From an uncultured Acidobacteriota bacterium (GTDB taxonomy: Bacteria; Acidobacteriota; Thermoanaerobaculia; Multivoradales; UBA5704), in the NCBI GenBank assembly GCA_963770895.1, contig CAVYRF010000002.1, forward strand, positions 2,784,001 to 2,848,000: 64,000 nt of DNA, read 5' to 3'. Each line of letters begins with the position of its first letter. Positions within the stretch are counted from its first letter, which is position 1. The notes beneath the pieces are model-generated. The model saw only the letters and a program-made list of their open reading frames with translations, was not told where the DNA came from and made no database searches. The position numbers and the translations under genes were made by a program. Shown here one piece after another: positions 39,074 to 47,156 of the stretch.

Positions 39074-39337
39074 GCGCCGCCAGCCCGTCCGCCGCCGTCA
39101 CCGGATCGTCCGCGCCAAGCCGCCGGACGCGGCAGCCGGCCTGCCGCGCAGGGCGGCCAACCACCCCGCCTGGCTGAGTCCCGGCGCGCGAGTGGCCCTA
39201 TCTCGCGTTGCCGAACTGGATCTGTACAGCGCGCGGCGCACCAGGCGAAAATCGTCGTCGCCACCAACCGCCGGCCCGGCTCGCCCAGGCGCCTGGTCCG
39301 GTGGTGATCGAGTCACGCTCCAGGCAAAGAATCCCCC

Positions 39338-40930
39338 ATGTGCGCCTCGCCAGCGATCTGCAGCTCCGGCATCGCGGCCGTCGCGCCGGCCAGCCCGGCG
39401 GTCCGACCGGGCCGCAGTCTTGCCGCCGGCCGGGGCGGGTGGCGCCTCCTGTTCTGGTGCCTGGTGGCGCTGCTTGCCGCGCCGGCGCTGCTCGCCGGCC
39501 GCCCGGCGGCGGCCACCGCGGCCACTGCAGCCACGGCTGCCACGGCTCCGCGGCCCGGCACCGCCACCGATCCGGTGGCGGCCGCCTCAGCCCCCGCGCC
39601 TGCCGCCGGCCGTGCCGGCGCTGCCGGAGAGCCAACCGGTGGGGCGAATGCCGCCGCGCCGGGCGCGCCCATCGCCCTGGGCCGCTCGATCGTGGCGCTC
39701 AACGGTCCGTGGAAGTTCCACGTCGGCGACGATCCGCGCTGGGCCGAAGCGGGATTCGACGACTCCGGCTGGGAGAGCGTCGACTTGACGCCGCAGCCGG
39801 GCGCCCACGACGACGACGTGGGGTTGACCGGCTACGTGCCGGGCTGGATGGCCAGGGGCCATGCCGGCTACTTTGGCTACGCGTGGTATCGCCTGCGAGT
39901 GTCGGTCACGGCGCCGCCAGACGGTCGCTTGGCCATCGCCGGGCCGCTCTACGTCGACCACGTGTACCAGCTCTTCTTCGACGGCCAGCTGCTGGGCGGC
40001 ATCGGCGATTTCGCAGGCGCACAACCGCGGGTCTTCAGCCGCCGGCCGCTGAGGTTCCTCCTGCCCCGGCAGGGAAGCGCCAGCGCCACGCAACTTTCCG
40101 GCGTCGTCGCCGTCCGCGCCTGGATGGGGCGCGGCACCGCCGGCGGCGCGCCGGACGCCGGCGGCATCCACATCGCGCCCGCCGTCGGCGAGGCGGAAGC
40201 GGTCGCGGCGCACCACGAGCACCAATGGCTGCAGATCTTCGAGGGCTACATCGTCGATGCCCTCGAGCCGCTGGCGTTCCTGCTCCTGGCCCTCATGGCC
40301 TGGACCCTGATGCCTTTCGACCGCGCCGCTGCCGCTGCCTATCGCTGGTTGATCCTGGCCCTGCTGCTGACCGCCGCCGTGCGCGCCAATCAGCCGTTCT
40401 ACTTCTGGACCCACATCGAGACCCTGCAGGTTTTCGACGTAGTGAGAAACCTCCTGCTCACGCCGCTGGTGATGGGCGCCTGGATGATGGTCTGGCACAC
40501 CTGGTTCCGGCCGCGCCGGCCGGCCTGGCTACCGGCCCTGGTGCTCTCCCTGACCCTGCTCTACCTGGCGGCGCAGCTCTGCACCCGGCCGTATCTGTCG
40601 GCGCATTTCCCACATCCACTGGTTGCCGGGGCCGCGCTGGCCGCCACCTACGTCCGGCTGGCCTTCGTGCTGGTCCTGGCCCTCATTACCGTCCAGGGCC
40701 TCCGCCAGGCCGCGCCCGACCGGTGGCTGGCCCTGTCCGCCATCCTGATGATTGCGGTTGCCCTGTTCGCGCAGGAGCTGAGCGTCGTCCACGTCAAGGG
40801 GATCTGGTTCCCCTTCGGCGTCGGCGTCTCGCGCACCGAATACGCCCTGGCAGCCCTCAACCTCCCCCTCTTCGCCCTGCTGCTGCGACGCCTGTACCGC
40901 GTCGCACACCCCGCCGCAGCCGCGCTCTAA
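39338..40930 (+). CDS. Membrane sensor-like protein: GH2-type galactose-binding domain plus ~7 TM helices, no cytoplasmic output domain
   Basis: 'LNGPWKFHVGDDPRWA...FDDSGW', 'GYAWYR', 'YQLFFDGQLLG', then a hydrophobic helix series; the ORF ends shortly after the last TM. Start uncertain. Confidence 0.75.
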   Translation: MCASPAICSSGIAAVAPASPAVRPGRSLAAGRGGWRLLFWCLVALLAAPALLAGRPAAATAATAATAATAPRPGTATDPVAAASAPAPAAGRAGAAGEPTGGANAAAPGAPIALGRSIVALNGPWKFHVGDDPRWAEAGFDDSGWESVDLTPQPGAHDDDVGLTGYVPGWMARGHAGYFGYAWYRLRVSVTAPPDGRLAIAGPLYVDHVYQLFFDGQLLGGIGDFAGAQPRVFSRRPLRFLLPRQGSASATQLSGVVAVRAWMGRGTAGGAPDAGGIHIAPAVGEAEAVAAHHEHQWLQIFEGYIVDALEPLAFLLLALMAWTLMPFDRAAAAAYRWLILALLLTAAVRANQPFYFWTHIETLQVFDVVRNLLLTPLVMGAWMMVWHTWFRPRRPAWLPALVLSLTLLYLAAQLCTRPYLSAHFPHPLVAGAALAATYVRLAFVLVLALITVQGLRQAAPDRWLALSAILMIAVALFAQELSVVHVKGIWFPFGVGVSRTEYALAALNLPLFALLLRRLYRVAHPAAAAL

Positions 40931-40974
40931 CCCTGCAGCTGCCCGCGCCGCCACCTGCTGCCACCACCCAACTT

Positions 40975-41550
40975 CTATCGTCGGGCGGCCGCCAGCAGGC
41001 GCTCGAATTCGGGCGTGAGATCGCTGCGGGAGAGTGCCTGCTGCAGCAGGCCCAGGAGGTCTCTGACGCGTGCCAGGTCGAGGCTGGCGTGCCGCTCTTT
41101 GAGAATGGTGCGAACGTCCTCGACGTCCTTTGCCCTGCCGGCGAGCAGCTTGGTCGCGACCAGATCCTCTGGACTGATCACCGGCACCATCATTCCCGCG
41201 AGGTCGACGGTCCGGGCGCGATCCAGGAACTCGTGTTCGAGACCTGGACCCGCAAACACAACATCCAGCGGTAGCTCGGTAGCGCGATGAACGAGCGGCA
41301 GGACACGAGTGCTGGCGAGGAAGGGCTGCCAATCGCTCACCCTGAGATCGAAACCTGCCGCTTCCATTGCCGCGACAAACCTGTCGTGGGGAGTGACGAT
41401 CGCCGCGGTGATATCGACATCGGCGCTAAGCCGCGGACGGCCCCAGACCGCGACTGCCTGCGCGCCAAAAAGATACCAGCGACTTCCGCCGCGCCGTAGG
41501 ACGGGAGCAGCGGCGCCCAGCACCTGCCGGACCGCCGAGTCAACGGACAC
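40975..41550 (-). CDS. Nucleotidyltransferase (AbiEii/DUF6036-like, pol-beta superfamily)
   Basis: 'WYLFGAQAVAVWGRPRLSADVDI', 'PVISPEDLVATKLLAGRAKDVED'. GTG 41550 overlaps the upstream gene's end. Confidence 0.8.
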   Translation of the reverse strand: MSVDSAVRQVLGAAAPVLRRGGSRWYLFGAQAVAVWGRPRLSADVDITAAIVTPHDRFVAAMEAAGFDLRVSDWQPFLASTRVLPLVHRATELPLDVVFAGPGLEHEFLDRARTVDLAGMMVPVISPEDLVATKLLAGRAKDVEDVRTILKERHASLDLARVRDLLGLLQQALSRSDLTPEFERLLAAARR

Positions 41551-41779
41551 TGCGCAAGCAAGCGCCAACCCTGGCGTGCATTTCCAGGTCCTCAGCGCGC
41601 TCGGCCGGTGACGGCCAATCGGGCTTGAGCGCTCGCACGTGGAGGCGCAGGCCCTCGGCAACCGCCAGTGCTTCTGCGGGTGAAAGCGCCTGCTTGCGAT
41701 CAGCCCAGTAGCGCTCCTTGGCTGCCTCGACCCGTGACCAATCTCGGCCGGCAAAGGCCCTGATGTCGTCGTGATCCAC
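41540..41779 (-). CDS. Small helical protein, putative antitoxin partner of the nucleotidyltransferase
   Basis: 79 aa ('RAFAGRDW...PDWPSPAERAEDL'); overlaps the NTase start. Confidence 0.65.
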   Translation of the reverse strand: MDHDDIRAFAGRDWSRVEAAKERYWADRKQALSPAEALAVAEGLRLHVRALKPDWPSPAERAEDLEMHARVGACLRSVR

Positions 41780-41818
41780 GGCGCAGATCGTACCATTGGC
41801 AAGCCGGGCTAGTTCCCG

Positions 41819-42559
41819 CTAGGCATTGCCGGCCGGCTTGGCGGCGAGGGCTTTCTGGATGTAGGCGAAGAGGGCGGGGTCCAGGCCTTGTTGGGTGGCG
41901 ACGGCGGGCTCCGCGGTGTAGAGGGTGCGCACCGAGGCGGCCAGGGCGGGGTCGCCGCCGGTGAATTCGCGGACCAGCTCCATCCAGCGGCGGGCGAGCT
42001 GCTGCACCGGCTCGCTGGCGGGGTCGGCGTTGTTGTCCAGGGCGGCGCGGACCTGGGCGATGAGGCGCGGCCATTCGGCCTCCACCTGCTGGATGTGAGC
42101 GTCGCCCAGCTGGCGCTTGCGTTCGGCGAGGGCGGTCTGCTGGTCGGGGGTGAAGTACTTGTCGAGCATGTTCATCTCCTGGATGGTTTGGGTCAATTCC
42201 GCGACGCTGATCGTTTCGGCCGCGCGCAGGCGCGCTGCGAGGGCGGCGAGGCGGCCATGGAGCTTTTGCTGGAGGTCGATCTGCTGGCGCAGGCGGGCCA
42301 GCTGGGCTTCGACGATCGCAAGCGGCGACAGGTCGGGACGGCGCAGGAACTCCCCCACCTGGGCGAGCGGCAGCCCGAGCTGGCGCAGCGAGACGATCTG
42401 TTGCAGGCGCACGACGTCGCCGGCGCCATACATCCGGTAGCCGGCCGCGGAGCGCAGGGACGGCGACAGCAGCCCGATCTCGTCGTAGTAACGGAGCGCG
42501 CGCACCGAGAGCCGGGTGAACCCGGCCAGCTCGCCGATCTTCCAGGGTGGCTGCCGCAT
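41819..42559 (-). CDS. MerR-family regulator with a TipAS-like antibiotic-recognition domain
   Basis: HTH 'WKIGELA..TRLSVRALRYYDEIGLLSP', 'GYRMY'; C-terminal 'DPASEPVQQLARRW..LV..FTGGD'; RBS GGAGGG. Confidence 0.9.
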   Translation of the reverse strand: MRQPPWKIGELAGFTRLSVRALRYYDEIGLLSPSLRSAAGYRMYGAGDVVRLQQIVSLRQLGLPLAQVGEFLRRPDLSPLAIVEAQLARLRQQIDLQQKLHGRLAALAARLRAAETISVAELTQTIQEMNMLDKYFTPDQQTALAERKRQLGDAHIQQVEAEWPRLIAQVRAALDNNADPASEPVQQLARRWMELVREFTGGDPALAASVRTLYTAEPAVATQQGLDPALFAYIQKALAAKPAGNA

Positions 42560-42615
42560 CGAACCGCTCCCTCCTTGCCCGGCTTTGCCAGCGCGACCTG
42601 CGACCGACGAAGCTG

Positions 42616-42646
42616 AGGCTAAACCCTCCCGTAACGGGAGAGTCAA
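42616..42646 (-). promoter_or_regulatory. MerR-type promoter/operator: TTGACT-N19-TAGCCT with dyad CTCCCGT-N-ACGGGAG
   Basis: -35 at 42646-42641, -10 at 42621-42616, 19-bp spacer containing a perfect 7-1-7 palindrome at 42626-42640. Confidence 0.88.
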
Positions 42647-42801
42647 GAGGGGTGGACCGACGACGTGGCCGAACCCGTGGCCAAGGCGGTCCTCACATCC
42701 CCTGCCGCCGACTACGTCTTGTATAATTCTCTGTACCGCTGCCTGTCCGGCCCCCGCGCCGCCTGCCCCGCAGGACGCCGCGGTTGCCACAACCTGGAGC
42801 C

Positions 42802-43950
42802 ATGACGCGGATGGACTCGCCCGCGAGCCACGAGATCGAGATTCCAGCCGACGAGGCGCGGGACCTGGCCGATACCTATGCCGGGTGGGCGCGCGACGGG
42901 GCGGTGGGCCAGCTCCTGGTCGCCTTCAATCAGCGGGCGCGCTTGCGGGAGGGTCCGAGCCCGGAGGTGTTGGCGCGCACGATCCGGGAGGTGCAGGCTG
43001 CATGCTGGGAGCGCCTGCGGCTCCACCCCGTCCTGGGCGACGAGGTCGAGCGGTTCGGCCGCGAATGCCCGCCCTGGCTCCTGGTCCGTGGACTTGCGCC
43101 GCTGTCCGAGCCTCTTCCAGCCCGCCCCAGGTACCGCGAGGTGGTGCGCGACGGGATGGGCCTCGATTACCTCTTCGCCGCGGTGGCTTTCGGGGTGACG
43201 TCAGGCCGGTCGCTCTTCTGGAACTTCTTCGATCACTGCTCACGCCCCGCCGGAGCAAAGCGCGACGACAACGCCATCGATCCTCACACCGACGCCTGCG
43301 ACACCGTCTGGCTGGCGCCGCTCCATGGGCTGCCGGAGGCCGTGACCTGGGTGGCCGCGGTGGCGGACGTCGTCGCGGCTCTTGAGGAGCGGCACCTTCA
43401 GGTGCTCACCTCACACCGGTATCACGTGGTCTGGTCGGATTTCTTCTCCCACCGGCTCCTGGCTTTGGCCGGAAGGGACGCCACCGAGCCGTTTCCCCTC
43501 CTCGTCATCGAAAACGGGCGCCCGCGCCTGCACGCCAACGCGACGCTTGTCTTCGAGCTGGTCAACCGCGCCACGCGCGGTGTCGACGACGAAGCGGAAG
43601 CGGCTCGGTTCGCACTCCTCCGACAACTCCTCAACCGCCAGCTATACCGGTCCTTCTGCCTGCAGCGCGGCGAGATGCTCGCGATCGGCAACCGCGATTC
43701 CTTCCATTGGGTCGGCCGCCACGGCCCCGGCCGCTGGGTGCTGCGCCTGGAAGTCCTGGGCAACCCGTCGCCCACTGCGGCGCCAACGCCGGCGCTCACG
43801 CAGGGGCTCGCGCCTGCGCTCCCAGGGCCTTCGGGGGACCAGCTGGGCGCGCGCGACGAGGCGGCGATCCGCCGCGATCTAACCCGGCTCACGGCCGAAA
43901 CCCGCCCGCTGCTGCTGCGCGACCTCGACCTCGGCACCCTCGCATCGTAG
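42802..43950 (+). CDS. Putative TauD/clavaminate-synthase-like Fe(II)/2-oxoglutarate oxygenase
   Basis: 'LLVRGL', HxD 'PHTD', 'TWVAAV', 'LQRGEMLAIGNR..FH', 'RWVLR'; RBS GGAG; TATAAT at 42722-42727. Confidence 0.6.
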   Translation: MTRMDSPASHEIEIPADEARDLADTYAGWARDGAVGQLLVAFNQRARLREGPSPEVLARTIREVQAACWERLRLHPVLGDEVERFGRECPPWLLVRGLAPLSEPLPARPRYREVVRDGMGLDYLFAAVAFGVTSGRSLFWNFFDHCSRPAGAKRDDNAIDPHTDACDTVWLAPLHGLPEAVTWVAAVADVVAALEERHLQVLTSHRYHVVWSDFFSHRLLALAGRDATEPFPLLVIENGRPRLHANATLVFELVNRATRGVDDEAEAARFALLRQLLNRQLYRSFCLQRGEMLAIGNRDSFHWVGRHGPGRWVLRLEVLGNPSPTAAPTPALTQGLAPALPGPSGDQLGARDEAAIRRDLTRLTAETRPLLLRDLDLGTLAS

Positions 43951-43981
43951 CGATCGATGTGGCGCAGCCTGGCCTGCCAGC

Positions 43982-45049
43982 TCAGCGTCTCTTGCAGCCG
44001 TCCACGCGGGTGGCGGTGGCGGGGTCGTTGCGGTCGTTGCGCCAGGTGGGGTGATTGAAATGGATCACGAAGTCGCCGTTGTAGGAGGCGACGGCGGCGT
44101 CAAAGGTCAGCTTGCCGATGGGGCGCCAATCGCTGAAGGTGCGCCTTTGAAAGGCGGGCGTGCCGCGGGTCGAGCCCTGGTCGGTGACTTCGATGTGGAA
44201 GGTGAGGGTGCGGCGGGGTGCCGGATCTCCCGGATTGAAGATCTGCGCCATGATCTCGTCGCGGAAGTCCAGGGCGTCCCCGGGAATGCGCGGCTGCTCG
44301 GGAGCGACCAGCAGCCGCATGTAGTCCGGCGTCCGCGTGGCCTGGTCGGCGGGCTTGCCGAGCTCGGCGACCTGATAGAGCTGGCGGATGGACGGCTGCT
44401 TGTCGACCGCGTTGAAGACGGCGCCTTCGACGACCAGGGTCGGCGCGCCCGTGGAGCGGCGCCACAGGCGCGTGTCGGGTGCATTGCGCAGCTCCGCGTC
44501 GTTGACGTACTCGGTGCGCTCGCCGCCGAGGTCCTGCTGGGTGAAGAAGTTGGCGGTGCGCAGCGGCTCGGGATGGTCGGGATCGGTGGTGGGAAACAGC
44601 TTGCCGACCAATGCCAGGGAGCGGGTGTGGCCGCGCCGGGTCTCGGTGCAGCAGGTGGAATAACGCCCCACGGCCAGAGCTTGGCTGCCCATGCGGAAAT
44701 AGCCCGAGTAGCCCAGGTCTTCCGTGATCTCCCAGCGGCCGGTGAGACACACGCCGTTGGGATGGAGCAGGCGCCGGAAACCCTTGCCATCGGTCCCCCA
44801 GCGCAGATCCGCCTGGGAATCGACGGTGCGCTCGGTGGCCTGATGAAAGGTATACGGGCGACCGAAGGGCAGGGCTCCGTCCAGGACGCTTGCCAGGGTG
44901 GCCTCGTAGATGGGCAACGGTCGCTCGCCGGCCCCTCCCCAGACCGTCTGGTAAGGATTGGCAAACAGGGCTTCCCGCACTGCCGAGAAACGCGATCCTC
45001 GATACGCGCGGTCTTCGTCGGTGAACTGTTCCGTGCCGATATAAACCAT
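43982..45049 (-). CDS. Hypothetical protein with catalase-like (heme catalase superfamily) N-terminal motifs
   Basis: 'RRLLHPNGVCLTGRW', 'GRYS', 'LALVGKLF', 'ANFFT', 'W.PIGKLTF'; RBS GGAGG before ATG 45049. Confidence 0.6.
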   Translation of the reverse strand: MVYIGTEQFTDEDRAYRGSRFSAVREALFANPYQTVWGGAGERPLPIYEATLASVLDGALPFGRPYTFHQATERTVDSQADLRWGTDGKGFRRLLHPNGVCLTGRWEITEDLGYSGYFRMGSQALAVGRYSTCCTETRRGHTRSLALVGKLFPTTDPDHPEPLRTANFFTQQDLGGERTEYVNDAELRNAPDTRLWRRSTGAPTLVVEGAVFNAVDKQPSIRQLYQVAELGKPADQATRTPDYMRLLVAPEQPRIPGDALDFRDEIMAQIFNPGDPAPRRTLTFHIEVTDQGSTRGTPAFQRRTFSDWRPIGKLTFDAAVASYNGDFVIHFNHPTWRNDRNDPATATRVDGCKRR

Positions 45050-45062
45050 ATCCGCAACCTCC

Positions 45063-45095
45063 GAGCCGTCAGCCTGTCGAGAGCCGTCAGCCTGT
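45063..45095. repeat. 15-bp direct repeat x2 (period 18)
   Basis: GAGCCGTCAGCCTGT at 45063-45077 and 45081-45095. Confidence 0.8.
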
Positions 45096-45185
45096 GGACA
45101 GCCGACCCGCCGGCGCCTCACGTCCCTTCGATGATGTTGCCTTTTATTGCATGATACACCAACTGAACCGCCGCTCGTCGAGCCG

Positions 45186-46961
45186 CTAGTCCAGCCAGTA
45201 GCCGCGGGCGAGGTCCCGGTAGGCGGCGACCTGGCTGCCTGCCCAGGCGGGGTCGCGGCCCAGCTCGGCGGCCAGCAGGGCGGCGACTTGCGGGGCGGCT
45301 TCGGCGCTGGCGCGCGCGTCCAGGAGGAGGGCGCGGGTGCGGCGGGACAGGACGTCTTCGACGGACAGGGCCATTTCATGGCGGGCGGCCCAGATGACTT
45401 CGGCGGCGCGGTAGGGGAGGCGGGGATGCAGGAGGGCTGCCCATGCGGGGCGCTCCGCGGCCAGGCGCTCCAGCGCGGGCGCGTCGGTGCCGTAGGGCGA
45501 AGGGGCTGCTGCTGCGCCGGTCCCGCCGGAACCGCTACCCGCATCGACGTCGGCTGCATCGCCGGCGGGGGCACCGTGGAGGCGCAGCTGGGCGGTCGGT
45601 GAGGGCCGCTCGGGCAGGCCGGCGATGGCGGCGGCAGCGTTGACCGCGTCTTCGCCCATGCGGCGGTAGGTGGTCCATTTGCCGCCGGTGATGGTCACCA
45701 GGCCGGACGGCGAGACGCGCAGCACGTGGTCGCGGCTGAGCGCCGCGGTGCCGTGCGCCGCCGCATCGTGGACCTGGTCATGCCCCGCCCCCGCCGCGAC
45801 CAGCGGCCGCAGGCCGGCAAAGCACGACAGGACGTCCTGGCGGCGGGGATGGCCGGTCAGGTAGCGGCCGGCATGCGCCAGCAGGAATTGGATCTCTTCG
45901 GGCAGCGGCCGCGGCTCGTCGCCCGCGGCCGTGGTCAGCGGCGTGTCGGTGGTGCCGACCACCACCCGCCCCAGCCAGGGCACCGCGAACAGCACCCGGC
46001 CGTCGTCGGTGTGCGGCACCAGGATGGCGCTGTCGCCGGGCAGGAAGCGCCGGTCCAAAACCAGGTGTACGCCTTGGCTGGGAGCGATCAGCGGCGTCGC
46101 CGCCGGATCGTCCAGGCGGCGCACCGCGTCGGCAAAGACACCGGTCGCGTTCACCACCACGCGGGCGCGGACCTCGAAGACTTCGCCGGTTTCCTCGTCG
46201 CGCACCGCCGCGCCGGTGATCAGACCGCTACGGTGGCTGTCGCCGGTGGTGCCGTCGCCGCTGTCGCCAGTGCGGCCCGTATGGCTGCCGCGGCCGCCAT
46301 CGCCCGCTGCGGGATGCCCGGCGTCGCCGGCCGCGCGATGGCCGCCGTCTCCTTTGCGCAGGGCGATGACGCGCATGCGATTGAGCGCCGCGCCGCCCAG
46401 GTCGTCCAGGGTACGGGCCAGGGTGACGGCAAGGCGGGCGTCGTCGAACTGGCCGTCGTGGTAGACGACGCCGCCGCGCAGGCCGGCGGGCTCGACGGTG
46501 GGCAGCATGGCGAGCGTTTCGTCGCGCGACAGCCAGCGCGAGGCGCCGATGCCCAGGCGTCCCGCCAGCAGGTCGTAGACCTTGAGGCCGACGCCGTAGA
46601 ACGGCCCTTCCCACCACTCGTAGTTGGGCACCACGAAGCGCAGGTTGTGCACCAGGTGGGGGGCGTTGCGCAGCAGCAGCCCGCGCTCGTGCAGAGCTTC
46701 GATGACCAGGCCGATGTCGCCCTGCCGCAGGTAGCGCAGCCCGCCGTGCACCAGCTTGGTGCTGCGGCTGGAGGTCCCCTTGGCAAAGTCGTGGGCCTCC
46801 ACCAGCACCGTATGGTAGCCGCGTGCCGCCGCGTCGACCGCCGTCCCCAGGCCGGTCGCGCCGCCGCCGATCACCAGCACGTCCCACGGTTCGCCATCGC
46901 CCGCGCCGGCGGCCAGCCGGGCCAGTGATCGTGCCCGCAGCATCGCCCGGCAATCTATCAC
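45186..46961 (-). CDS. glpD: FAD-dependent glycerol-3-phosphate dehydrogenase/oxidase
   Basis: 'VIGGGATG', 'GTSSRSTKLVHGGLRYL', 'DGQFDDARL', 'VGTTD', 'AGLRPL', 'GGKWTTYR', 'LSRRTR'. Start is 46961 (GTG) or 46943 (ATG). Confidence 0.95.
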   Translation of the reverse strand: MIDCRAMLRARSLARLAAGAGDGEPWDVLVIGGGATGLGTAVDAAARGYHTVLVEAHDFAKGTSSRSTKLVHGGLRYLRQGDIGLVIEALHERGLLLRNAPHLVHNLRFVVPNYEWWEGPFYGVGLKVYDLLAGRLGIGASRWLSRDETLAMLPTVEPAGLRGGVVYHDGQFDDARLAVTLARTLDDLGGAALNRMRVIALRKGDGGHRAAGDAGHPAAGDGGRGSHTGRTGDSGDGTTGDSHRSGLITGAAVRDEETGEVFEVRARVVVNATGVFADAVRRLDDPAATPLIAPSQGVHLVLDRRFLPGDSAILVPHTDDGRVLFAVPWLGRVVVGTTDTPLTTAAGDEPRPLPEEIQFLLAHAGRYLTGHPRRQDVLSCFAGLRPLVAAGAGHDQVHDAAAHGTAALSRDHVLRVSPSGLVTITGGKWTTYRRMGEDAVNAAAAIAGLPERPSPTAQLRLHGAPAGDAADVDAGSGSGGTGAAAAPSPYGTDAPALERLAAERPAWAALLHPRLPYRAAEVIWAARHEMALSVEDVLSRRTRALLLDARASAEAAPQVAALLAAELGRDPAWAGSQVAAYRDLARGYWLD

Positions 46962-47046
46962 CCCGCCCGGCGGGCCCAGCCGGCAGACCCCGCCCGGCGG
47001 GCCTCGGCCGGCGGACCCCTCCCGGCGGACCCGCCCGGCGGGTTTT
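46960..47046. repeat. Cluster of degenerate ACCCCGCCCGGCGG(G) palindromic units
   Basis: Units begin at 46960, 46987, 47015 and 47029; core CCCGCC-C-GGCGGG. Confidence 0.6.
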
Positions 47047-47156
47047 CGTCCGTGCTGGTATGCTTACGGCTGATCCACGACGGCCTGCCGGGAGGGGCCG
47101 GACCCAGGGGCAGGGCTGGCCGTCACGGGCCGGCGCTCCCCTGATCAGGGAGGGTT

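Noticed and set aside
45100-45150. Possible c-di-GMP-I riboswitch on the minus strand (GGCAAC...GGGACG)
   Set aside because: The P2 stem with its GNRA loop and the GCAAA motif cannot be formed. An Rfam scan would settle it.
40975-45150. Accessory islet as a mobile element
   Set aside because: No transposase, integrase, att site, terminal repeats or flanking tRNA were found.
46960-47046. Repeat cluster as a CRISPR array
   Set aside because: Units are too short and degenerate, there are no unique spacers and no cas genes.
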